The notes under the pieces were generated by a model. It worked only from the letters and a program-made list of their open reading frames with translations. It was not told the origin of the DNA and searched no databases. From positions 96,001 to 160,000 of the IMG/VR virus record IMGVR_UViG_3300045988_107814: a stretch of 64,000 nt of DNA; one strand, written 5' to 3'. Within the stretch, counting starts at the first letter, position 1. Each line of letters opens with the position of its first letter. Of the stretch, positions 43,527 to 52,559 are shown piece by piece. The stretch is from a virus. Both the position numbers and the translations under genes were made by a program.

Positions 43527-46500
43527 TTAAAATTTATGTCTGATAGTATAGTCTTGTTTTATTCCCATTATATCTTTAACTTGTCTATCTAGTTCTACTA
43601 ATCCTTTACCAGCTAATGTATACTGTAATGGAGCACAGCACATACGTTTATCAAACGATACCATAGATGCAATAGCATCGATAGGTTCATTAGGTCTATA
43701 GGATGATGTAGGTTCGTATCCTTTTTGAACAACTTCTTTAGCTACACCTTTTTGAGCACCTAGAAAAATTAGTTTATCACCAACAGAGAAGTCATCTTTA
43801 TAAGATACATATATTTCAATTAATACGCCATCTTCTATATTTTTTAGTTTTCCTTCTTGAGGAAGTTTCTGACAAGTATATTGTTTTGCTAGATTCTCAT
43901 CATATTTAGCAATTTGTTTTGCCTTAGCATTACGTTTTCTTTCATATTCAGATACTATCTTCTTTAATGACGGAGACATTTCATCTAGTTCACAAGTTCT
44001 ATAGATATTAATATCTTCTATAACACCTGTATTATTAGACTTAATTGGAATACGTCCAAGAGATGTTACTGTGTCTTCATCATCAACTAAGTTCTTTAAC
44101 AATACGTTTACATCATTATCTTCGAATGTATTCTGAATAATTAATAATGGATCTCCTTCTTGCACTTGATCTCCAACTTTAATCATATTGAATATATTTG
44201 TATTTTTAGATAATGTAACTGGTACTTCCATTATTACATTAGATGATAATGCGTCAGAAATATAACTAGATACAATACAGGAGTCTTCGAATCCTTTATC
44301 AGAAGTAATAATTGCTACTTTTGCTAATGTACCTTGATTATAAGTAGCACTATTATCATAACCACAATTAACACTATATGACATAGGATCATAAGCAATT
44401 AACTGACCTTTCTTTACTTTAGTACCGAGACCTTTATCTACTTCTAGTTTAACTGATGTATAAAAACCACCATCAGAGTTTTTATATACTTTATTATTAA
44501 GATCAACAAAATCAATACTACCATCATTATATTGAATAACAACATGATCATCATCACGTTCAACAACAGTACCATTGTCTTTAGCGTTAAAAGAGAATAC
44601 ATCTGGTGTGAACATTGTAAGAGCGTCATCCATACCATTTGTGATAAGTAATGGATCACCACCTGCAACTCTCATATCATGCTTACTTCTCTGTACATAT
44701 GACATTGCTAAACGGAATGGGTCATCATGAGTAGTACACATAGGAGTAAGATTTTCTGCTGTGGTCATTGTATTTACATCATTCATCTTAGATTTTTCAT
44801 TTGACTTATCAGAGATATATCCACGTTTACCGTTTATATTTGCATTAGTAGTCATAATACGGTCAACACCAACTGTAGCAGCGAAACCTGTAGACATTCC
44901 TAGAATATTTGTCATAGATTCGTCATAGGTACGCTTTTCTAGTGAATAAGATCTATCACTGTTAAGACCAGATAGTCCTTTAAATGAAGCCATACTATTA
45001 CTATTAGCATAGTTTAATTCATTAATTGTAGATAAGTCTGAACATGTATTATCCATCATTATTGCATCAATAATAGCAGATTGTTTTACTGTCATTGTAG
45101 CTTTACCGGTTTTCTTTAACTTTGTTCTATAATCAGCATAAGCCTTAGATAAAACTTTGTAAGCATAACCGGCTACAATTTCATTAGTTCTAAATCTATT
45201 ACCAGAAATATCTACATGCTTATTATATTTAGTATCTGATAATAAATTAGATGCATAGATTAATGCTTCACAAAAATCTTGTGGAAGATCATACATATTA
45301 CAAACACGTTGAGAGATAGGATCAAACATAAGATCGTAGAAGTTATCAAGACCATCTGCTTTAATCCTGCCACCAAAGTTATCTAACATTTCTGTCCACA
45401 TTGTCTTAGAGTTTACATCCTTAATAGAATAATCTATTGTATCGCATTCCTTTAATCCATTCATGAACAAAGAAGAATTATAATCAATTCTATATAATAA
45501 GAATGCATCCTTAAATTTAATAAGATCATGTGTAGTATAATCTATCTTGCTAGGACGTTTATCAGTAATTTCATAAGAAATAGCAGCTTTGTTAAGTGTT
45601 TTAATAAGGCCTTCACAATATGCACAAATAACAATTACTGGCATCTTGGTATTAAGAATAGATGCTTGAGAATATGCATATTTAACAGATGGCTTTGCTT
45701 CGTTATAATAAGTAGCGAATTCTTCATCTTTACACAATTCAGCAGCGATAATATTAGAGCATAAAATAGCTCCATCGCTATAGATAATCTTCTTTTCACT
45801 GGCATCATATCCAATAGGCAATCCTTTAGACAAGTCAATAATGTCTTGATATTTTTCTCTGATATCATCTTGATCAAAATAGAATGTAACGTTTTTATAT
45901 TTAATATAAGAATATGCTTTACCAATATCCATATAATCCATTGGGATTTCATATTTAAGAGCAGTTATAGCATTATTACCAGACATATTTGTAATAGATT
46001 TACCAGTATATTTAGACAATGCTTTTATAATTTTACCAGACACTACATTTGATTTACCAACAGCACTACCAAATGTACGGAAGAAAATCTTGTTATAATT
46101 TGTAGTAATTTGTGCTGTATCAAATTCTGTTTTTATAATAGGAAGATTTATTAACTGAGCATTAATTGTCTTATCATTACCTCTTAGTCTCATAAATCTA
46201 TTATTCTTGAACAAAGGAATATCGAATTTCAATTGGAATCTAGTACCGCCGATATCTTCACATTGTACAGTCCAAGTTTCTTTCAAATCTTCAGATGTAG
46301 TTGTATTTTCAACATCAACATTTCTGATACCAACTGGAACAGTTCTTGTAGAAAAGAAATCTAAGATAGCCATTATATCTTCGTCTACATTATATTCTTT
46401 ATTAAAATTAATGTATTGAAGATTATCCCATTGATCATTATTAATACTATTAATATTAGCAGAAGATACTGGTAATGGATCTTCACCTGTATCTTGGGAA

Positions 46501-48734
46501 TCTTCTAGCATTTGACTAATAGATTCACCTTTAACTTTTTTCTTTTTAAGATCATCACTAAGAGAATTTATTCTTGCTTTACGAGTTGCAGAAGCTTTAA
46601 TCTCTGTAGATTCTTCATCAGAAATATCTTGAATCAGATTAGCAATATAATCGTTATCAAGTTTTTCTAATGCTTCGTCTGTAGAAGTAGAATTTTGTGC
46701 AGCATCTTTAATACTCTCAACAAGTTCTTCTTTCTTTTTCTCTGTTACTTCCTTAGCTACTTCTTTCTCAGATTTTTCTACATTATTTTTATCTTTTACA
46801 GTTACTTTCTTTTGAGATACCTTTTCTATCTTCTCATCACTATTAGAAGAAGATGTAATTTCTTTTGATACTTTACCTAATGCTCCATATAGATTAACTT
46901 TTTTAGAATTCTCGATCTTATCTACAATATCAGTAACAATTGCATTAGGAGTATCTTTTACCATATCTTCATCATTAGGTACAATCTTATTAAAGATATT
47001 ATTTATATTAGATATAAATCTTTGTAGTTCGGATTTCTTAAATTCAGAAAAGTTAATCTTAAAATAAGAGTTTTTACCAAAGAAGAAAACGTTGTTATTT
47101 CCAAATATCTTCTTAAGTTCATCAAAATCATTACGCTTAACTAAACGTGTTATGAGACTTACAGGATTTAAAGATTTGGTATAATCTATTACATTTACAT
47201 CATCACTGTAGTAGTCTAAAACAGGAATAAAAATTGATTTAGTCTTATATTCTCTATCTATAGTAGAATTGTTCAGAAAACGTCTCAATGTTTCAGAATA
47301 TAACTTAATACCCTGTTCGCCCATCTTTTTATTATTCTCTATAAAGAGTTTATTGTAATAAGATACATCTACAAAAAGATTCATCTTATTATATGCTTCT
47401 ATATTTACTTTGGTAAATTGAATTGCAGGGCATTGAGCTTTGACAACTTTATATACGTCAAATAATTCTTTTTGATTTCTGATTCGTTCATTATACATAT
47501 ATTGACGTAGTCTATTATCAATGGCATCTTCAGTAAATATTTCATCACCAAAGAATACAGCATTATCGCCATATCTAAATCCTTCTGAATTAATTTCAGA
47601 TTCAGGAATTTGTGGAGATTTTTCTTTTTCTATATTAACCTTTATTAGATCAATATATACAACTGGATATTTATCTTTATTCTTACTGGTTTTACCAATA
47701 AACTTTAATGCCGTTGCTCTATCAATAAAATTACCATCTTGAATAATAGAAGTCTTGATATTTTGGATCAATAGTTTATCTCTATTTAAAGAATATACTG
47801 GAACAATTCTATTACCCTTAGATGCAATTTGTTTATTGATATCTCTATTATACATAACATCTCTAAATGTATAGATTAAATACATAGAGATTTCTTCTTT
47901 TTCATCATCGTCATCAAAATATGAATCTTCTAGATAAATTCCGAATTCATTACCATATATAGGATTCTTATGAGAAACACCAAAACCTGCAAGATTATCA
48001 TTTGTATCATAACATAGGGCTAGGAAATTAGCATTGGTTAACATTTCACATACATTTTTATAATCTCTTATATCTTTAATAAGTTTTTGACATTCTTTTA
48101 TATACTTATTAATATCCTTACCAGTATAGTATTCGAATCTATAATCTGTTAGAATTTTTAATGGAATACCACCAGAAGTTTTAACAGTAACTTCTTTCAA
48201 GCTTCTATAATATTTAGAGAATCTATTCTCTTCACCAACTTCAATATCAGTAATATTAAAGTGCTTTAGCTTTTTAATGATATTCTTAGCTAATGTTTTC
48301 TCATATTCTTTTGGACAATGATTAAACATTCTTATCGCTGCTCTAACATGTTCTTCATCATTGATAGGGTATGATCTAGTTTGAGGAATGCCAAATTCAC
48401 TATCAGATAACTCTTTTCTATCTTTAGTAGATAATTTAGATTCATTAATAAAAGAACTAATAAAATCGTCCTTATACTCAACAAATTCTTTTATCTGATT
48501 AGTATCTGCTTTGATAATAGCATCAATAGATTTATCAATATAATATGATCTAAACCATTTACGATTGTTTATAATTATATCACTATTAATCATTCTAATA
48601 GAAGATGATATATCAGATGTTAGTAGATAGATTAAACTTCCATGTTTATCATCATCTGGATTTAAAGGTATAAAAAGTCTGTTGTTCTTATTATACAGCT
48701 TTAAATTTTTCATATCTTTAATGTGTATAGACAT
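43527..48734 (-). CDS. 1735-aa protein with a C-terminal multisubunit-RNAP beta (RpoB)-like region fused to a long unrelated N-terminal part
   Basis: SFKGLSGLNSDRSYSLEKRTYDESMTNILGMSTGFAATVG (about 44945-44992) parallels GPGGL.R......R..H.S.YGR.CP.ETPEG. HDDPFRLAMSYVQRSKHD (about 44701-44740) parallels HDDANRALMG.NMQRQ. GDKLIFLGAQKGVAKEV (about 43745-43790) parallels GDK...RHGNKGV. ASMVSFDKRMCCAPLQYTLAGKG parallels PSRMN.GQ..E..LG. The protein ends before the GEME motif. Confidence 0.7.
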   Translation of the reverse strand: MSIHIKDMKNLKLYNKNNRLFIPLNPDDDKHGSLIYLLTSDISSSIRMINSDIIINNRKWFRSYYIDKSIDAIIKADTNQIKEFVEYKDDFISSFINESKLSTKDRKELSDSEFGIPQTRSYPINDEEHVRAAIRMFNHCPKEYEKTLAKNIIKKLKHFNITDIEVGEENRFSKYYRSLKEVTVKTSGGIPLKILTDYRFEYYTGKDINKYIKECQKLIKDIRDYKNVCEMLTNANFLALCYDTNDNLAGFGVSHKNPIYGNEFGIYLEDSYFDDDDEKEEISMYLIYTFRDVMYNRDINKQIASKGNRIVPVYSLNRDKLLIQNIKTSIIQDGNFIDRATALKFIGKTSKNKDKYPVVYIDLIKVNIEKEKSPQIPESEINSEGFRYGDNAVFFGDEIFTEDAIDNRLRQYMYNERIRNQKELFDVYKVVKAQCPAIQFTKVNIEAYNKMNLFVDVSYYNKLFIENNKKMGEQGIKLYSETLRRFLNNSTIDREYKTKSIFIPVLDYYSDDVNVIDYTKSLNPVSLITRLVKRNDFDELKKIFGNNNVFFFGKNSYFKINFSEFKKSELQRFISNINNIFNKIVPNDEDMVKDTPNAIVTDIVDKIENSKKVNLYGALGKVSKEITSSSNSDEKIEKVSQKKVTVKDKNNVEKSEKEVAKEVTEKKKEELVESIKDAAQNSTSTDEALEKLDNDYIANLIQDISDEESTEIKASATRKARINSLSDDLKKKKVKGESISQMLEDSQDTGEDPLPVSSANINSINNDQWDNLQYINFNKEYNVDEDIMAILDFFSTRTVPVGIRNVDVENTTTSEDLKETWTVQCEDIGGTRFQLKFDIPLFKNNRFMRLRGNDKTINAQLINLPIIKTEFDTAQITTNYNKIFFRTFGSAVGKSNVVSGKIIKALSKYTGKSITNMSGNNAITALKYEIPMDYMDIGKAYSYIKYKNVTFYFDQDDIREKYQDIIDLSKGLPIGYDASEKKIIYSDGAILCSNIIAAELCKDEEFATYYNEAKPSVKYAYSQASILNTKMPVIVICAYCEGLIKTLNKAAISYEITDKRPSKIDYTTHDLIKFKDAFLLYRIDYNSSLFMNGLKECDTIDYSIKDVNSKTMWTEMLDNFGGRIKADGLDNFYDLMFDPISQRVCNMYDLPQDFCEALIYASNLLSDTKYNKHVDISGNRFRTNEIVAGYAYKVLSKAYADYRTKLKKTGKATMTVKQSAIIDAIMMDNTCSDLSTINELNYANSNSMASFKGLSGLNSDRSYSLEKRTYDESMTNILGMSTGFAATVGVDRIMTTNANINGKRGYISDKSNEKSKMNDVNTMTTAENLTPMCTTHDDPFRLAMSYVQRSKHDMRVAGGDPLLITNGMDDALTMFTPDVFSFNAKDNGTVVERDDDHVVIQYNDGSIDFVDLNNKVYKNSDGGFYTSVKLEVDKGLGTKVKKGQLIAYDPMSYSVNCGYDNSATYNQGTLAKVAIITSDKGFEDSCIVSSYISDALSSNVIMEVPVTLSKNTNIFNMIKVGDQVQEGDPLLIIQNTFEDNDVNVLLKNLVDDEDTVTSLGRIPIKSNNTGVIEDINIYRTCELDEMSPSLKKIVSEYERKRNAKAKQIAKYDENLAKQYTCQKLPQEGKLKNIEDGVLIEIYVSYKDDFSVGDKLIFLGAQKGVAKEVVQKGYEPTSSYRPNEPIDAIASMVSFDKRMCCAPLQYTLAGKGLVELDRQVKDIMGIKQDYTIRHKF

Positions 48735-48802
48735 ACTATTTACTCCTTTCGCAAGTTATTATAAGAATGTTTTCGTACGTGAAATACTAAAGAATAATAT
48801 CT

Positions 48803-48944
48803 ATATATTATTATAGTGAATAGGAGACATAAATCTACCTATATCAATAACTGGAGACTTACAATTACTCCAGTCGTCAAAAGGTAAGTAATCATAAGTG
48901 TCAAAAACTTATGATCCCAGACGTTAAAGGGGAAAGGTATTATC
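48803..48944 (+). promoter_or_regulatory. Promoter-like box, 5' hairpin and conserved pseudoknot leader, copy B
   Basis: TATATATTATTATAGTGAATA; hairpin 48821-48841; TATATCAA. S1 is CTGGAG 48851-48856 / CTCCAG 48868-48873. S2 is ACTTAC 48857-48862 / GTAAGT 48884-48889. Hairpin ATAAG-9 nt-CTTAT is at 48894-48912, followed by GATCCCAGACGTTAAAGGGGAAAGG and the ATG. Confidence 0.6.
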
Positions 48945-49496
48945 ATGGCAACAATTATTATCAATACTATCACTTGCACATTTTCATCTATCATCAATAC
49001 AATCAAAAATGTATGGTCTAAGATCATGCACTTTTTATTTGTATATGAAGACGATGAAGAAGCTGTAAGAGAAAGAGAGGATTGCGAATTCGCAATCAAA
49101 TTTGGCAAGATTGCTGTTAGCATCTTACTTGTTATTGCATTGTTTGTTACTGGTGTAAATATATATAAAACATATTTGCGTAAAAATGGTAAACTAACAA
49201 TAACAGTATACTGCACATCCAATACCGAACATTATGACACCGATCCTGGTTGGGCAGATTGTCGTTTCACAGATAAATTGGTAGAGAAGATCGAAAGCCA
49301 TGAGATTGATCTCTGCGGAACAAAATTATCTTCTGTATATAAAGGAGATGATTACGAAATTTCTAATTCCGTAGAAGTTTACTTCGACGGAAAGGAAGCA
49401 TCTGATCCTACAGCAGTGGATCATTTGGAATTTGTTGGTCTTGAAGAATATGATGGAACTACTGATAAGAGGTGGGTCGTTGATTACAAAGACTAA
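48945..49496 (+). CDS. Hypothetical membrane-anchored protein, 183 aa (cassette B)
   Basis: One hydrophobic segment FGKIAVSILLVIALFVTGVNIY. C/G-ending codon bias. Has its own leader and terminator. Confidence 0.8.
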   Translation: MATIIINTITCTFSSIINTIKNVWSKIMHFLFVYEDDEEAVREREDCEFAIKFGKIAVSILLVIALFVTGVNIYKTYLRKNGKLTITVYCTSNTEHYDTDPGWADCRFTDKLVEKIESHEIDLCGTKLSSVYKGDDYEISNSVEVYFDGKEASDPTAVDHLEFVGLEEYDGTTDKRWVVDYKD

Positions 49497-49522
49497 TCAA
49501 ATCTTACATGGTAAAAAGAACG

Positions 49523-49545
49523 AGGGACCGTTTAAAACGGTCCCT
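49523..49545. terminator. Bidirectional terminator
   Basis: AGGGACCG-tttaaaa-CGGTCCCT followed by tattttttatt, between the stops at 49496 (+) and 49552 (-). Confidence 0.75.
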
Positions 49546-49551
49546 TATTTT

Positions 49552-52197
49552 TTATTTATACGACCAGATTACATTACCATCAGAGATAATATCATTATCA
49601 TTTTTTAGAAGAATTACATCGCATTCATTCATAGGAATTTCAGAGTTATGACTAATCAATACACATTGAGATGATTTTACTAATGACATGAGTTGATTTA
49701 GAATATCGATAAACTCTCTTCTATTCTGTGAATCAAATGGAGCATCAATTTCATCGCCTACAATAATATTAAGTTTAGTAGATGTTTGACTTAATAGTGA
49801 AATAGATATAATCATAGAAATTAAAGCTATTTGTGCTGAAGACATACTTGTAATATCATCATGATTAATTCCGCCATTTACAGCTACAGGAATTCTAAAT
49901 TCACTTTCTGTAATAACCAGAGGAAGCAAAGCAAATGTTCCGTTAAACAATCTACTCAAGATATTATTAGCATTCTCCATAATCTTATTCAAATACATAT
50001 TAGCAAATAGTAATTGAATACCTGTTGTCGGAGAACAATAATATTTAAGAGTTTCTATTTTAGTATAAGCAGAGTTATATTGATCATATTCTTTAGAATA
50101 TTCAACACTCATTGTAAGCTTATATTTGATAGATTCAGCTTTACTTCTCATAGGAGATAACTGAGATTTGAGTTCAGAAATATTCACACCAAGTTTCTCA
50201 ATATCAGAATTAAGTTTTTCAATCTTATCAATACTAGATTTATCTTTCTCAATTTCATCATTTAAGATCTTTAATGCTTCATTGTACTCATTTAAGTTAG
50301 CCTTTAGATTATAGATATTTTCCAGATTAACGCAAAGTGTACACATATCATTATATTTTTTTGTTAATGAAGAAATCTGATTACTATAATTATTGATAGT
50401 TTCAGTATCTTGATTGATACTATTGTTAAGACGCTCGATACTATCTGTAATCAAATCAATAAGATTCTTTTGAGAATTGATAGAGTTATATTTATTTGTT
50501 ATATCACTAAGATCCTTGTTGATAGATTTGTATTCTTTCAGATCATTAGTATATTCCATAACTCCATTCAACAATGCAATTATCTTCATGCCATCTCTGG
50601 ACAAGAAAGTTACACACTCATTGTAGTTTCTAAATCCTAATTGAAGTTTGTTTATGATATACTTATTAGCATTATATATACTGAGAAGTTGTTTATTCTT
50701 TTCAATATTTTTTAAAGTTTGCTCATATGATTCCTTTTCTTTATTTAACTCAGCTACAGAATTTATACAGTTTTGTCTTTCTGCTAACAATCTATCTATA
50801 GTTACTTTTGCCTTTAAAGCATCTGCAATAAAAGGACAAGTATCATCTTTACAACTAGACGGTCTTTTTTCAAGTATATCTAGTTTATATTCGTTAGCTT
50901 CTACTTTATTTCTAAAAGATACAGCTTCTTCAATTTCAGTATCAATTCTAGATATATTATCATTAGCAAGTATATATTCTCTATTAATAGAATCTTCTGG
51001 AATTACATTAACAATACTTGATAAAAGTTCCATCATCTGCTTGATAATGTCATAAGCCATCATGAATTCATCATATGTGATAGTATCAAGATCTACAATA
51101 TCACCCCAACGATTTTTAATATTGTTTTTTCTGTTAGTGAGATTATCCTTAATAGATTCTATTTCTATAATAGAAGTACCAGAATTGATAGATTTAAGTT
51201 TTGCTGTTTCATCTTCTAATCTAGATGCTTCTTGTTCTCTTTCTTTAACAAGACTTTCAATCTTTTCTTTCAAAGAATCAATCATATACTTTGTATCTAA
51301 GATATCCTTATTGAGTTTATCTAGTATTTCTTGATTTATTACAGCAGTCATAAGTGCTGGGTTTACAGAATATATCTTATTAAGACGTTTGTTACATTCA
51401 TCTATCTTAGCTGTATATACAGATGTATTTTCTGTAAATGATTTGATTCTATTTGAGAGTTCATTGTTAGGATCTATAGATAATAGCATGCCTTTTTCTT
51501 TATTGATAATTTCAGTATGCTGTTCAATCATATCTTCAATATCTTTTACCTTCGCTTCTACAGATTTAAGTTCTTCTTGCAATTGTGTTACATTACCAAC
51601 ACTATCAATCTTTGAAGAAATGCTAGTCATTAAAGCTTTATATGTAGATGCTTTCTTGGATAGATTCTTATACATAGTATTATATACGTCAGTAGAAGAA
51701 AGAATAGCATTTACATATCTTTTTCTTTCAGCAGGTCTTAAATCAGCAATGCCTCTCTTAGTACTAGATAACTGTGTAAGTGTAATATAATTAGCGTCTA
51801 GTTCTAGCTCTTCATTGACCATTTCTTTACAGCTAGAAATATTTCCAGAAGCATTAAGGTTAATAACATTTCCATCTGGCATTATCTTCATAAAGTATCC
51901 TTTAGAAGTTCTTGAGTTGTTCTTACATTCATGAATATATTTGATACTATATATAATACCAGTAAGCTCATCAAGATATTCTATTTCTTTACTAGCATCC
52001 ATTCCAGAAATGAAACTAGAATTGTCATCAGGTAGTGGTTTTAAAGCACTTTCAATTGTACTTTTACCAGAACCATTATCACCTTTAATCAATACTATTC
52101 TGTGCATACATCTAGTAAAGTCTATTTCGATTTCATATAAACCCATACCATTGTATATACCACCGTAGTTTATTAGCTTTAAACGTTTTAATAGCAT
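49552..52197 (-). CDS. Rad50/SbcC-like (SMC-type) ATPase with a long coiled coil, 881 aa
   Basis: N-terminal Walker A VLIKGDNGSGKST, about 600 aa of heptad-like coiled coil, then C-terminal ITSMSSAQIALISM (signature-like) and LNIIVGDEIDAPFD (Walker B/D-loop). AAGGAGG RBS. Confidence 0.65.
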   Translation of the reverse strand: MLLKRLKLINYGGIYNGMGLYEIEIDFTRCMHRIVLIKGDNGSGKSTIESALKPLPDDNSSFISGMDASKEIEYLDELTGIIYSIKYIHECKNNSRTSKGYFMKIMPDGNVINLNASGNISSCKEMVNEELELDANYITLTQLSSTKRGIADLRPAERKRYVNAILSSTDVYNTMYKNLSKKASTYKALMTSISSKIDSVGNVTQLQEELKSVEAKVKDIEDMIEQHTEIINKEKGMLLSIDPNNELSNRIKSFTENTSVYTAKIDECNKRLNKIYSVNPALMTAVINQEILDKLNKDILDTKYMIDSLKEKIESLVKEREQEASRLEDETAKLKSINSGTSIIEIESIKDNLTNRKNNIKNRWGDIVDLDTITYDEFMMAYDIIKQMMELLSSIVNVIPEDSINREYILANDNISRIDTEIEEAVSFRNKVEANEYKLDILEKRPSSCKDDTCPFIADALKAKVTIDRLLAERQNCINSVAELNKEKESYEQTLKNIEKNKQLLSIYNANKYIINKLQLGFRNYNECVTFLSRDGMKIIALLNGVMEYTNDLKEYKSINKDLSDITNKYNSINSQKNLIDLITDSIERLNNSINQDTETINNYSNQISSLTKKYNDMCTLCVNLENIYNLKANLNEYNEALKILNDEIEKDKSSIDKIEKLNSDIEKLGVNISELKSQLSPMRSKAESIKYKLTMSVEYSKEYDQYNSAYTKIETLKYYCSPTTGIQLLFANMYLNKIMENANNILSRLFNGTFALLPLVITESEFRIPVAVNGGINHDDITSMSSAQIALISMIISISLLSQTSTKLNIIVGDEIDAPFDSQNRREFIDILNQLMSLVKSSQCVLISHNSEIPMNECDVILLKNDNDIISDGNVIWSYK

Positions 52198-52266
52198 CGT
52201 AATTCCTCCTTATTGCGTACGCTGACATTATATATAAGTTTTAATATCTATAAAAAACAAAAGGTT

Positions 52267-52292
52267 GTCTGTAGAGATTTCTCTCTACAGAC
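52267..52292 (-). terminator. Rho-independent terminator (minus strand) downstream of tRNA-Pro
   Basis: GTCTGTAGAGA-gaaa-TCTCTACAGAC (11 bp) followed by aaccttttgtttttt on the minus strand. Confidence 0.7.
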
Positions 52293-52362
52293 TTAGACTA
52301 GGCAATCAATTTTGAATTCAAATAGGTTTATATGAGAATATTTGTAGGATGGAGAAACCTAC

Positions 52363-52439
52363 TGGTCGAGGCAACAGGACTCGAACCTGCGGCATCTTGG
52401 TCCCAAACCAAGCACTCTACCAAACTGAGCTATACCTCG
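52363..52439 (-). tRNA. trnP: tRNA-Pro (anticodon UGG), CCA encoded
   Basis: Minus strand reads CGAGGTA-TA-GCTC...GAGT-G-CTTGG-TTTGGGA-CCAAG-ATGCC-GCAGG-TTCGAGT-CCTGT-TGCCTCG-ACCA. Confidence 0.9.
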
Positions 52440-52444
52440 TTAAT

Positions 52445-52517
52445 CTCTCCTGAAAGATACGACCCTGAGGTACAATACGATACAATTCCACTACATACAA
52501 TACAATTTTCAGGAGAG
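52445..52517 (-). other. Long hairpin abutting the 5' end of tRNA-Pro
   Basis: CTCTCCTGAAA (52445-52455) pairs with TTTCAGGAGAG (52507-52517). The 51-nt loop holds ACAATAC/TTGTAT-type short repeats. Confidence 0.5.
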
Positions 52518-52559
52518 TATTAAAATAATGATTATGTGAGCAAAGAAAGGAAGTAACAA

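Noticed and set aside
52445-52517. A sixth (degenerate) tRNA upstream of tRNA-Pro.
   Set aside because: Only the terminal 11-bp helix can be formed. No D, anticodon or T arms with canonical loops could be drawn.
52332-52523. Track ORF of 63 aa on the plus strand.
   Set aside because: It is the antisense of tRNA-Pro plus the adjacent hairpin. It has no RBS.
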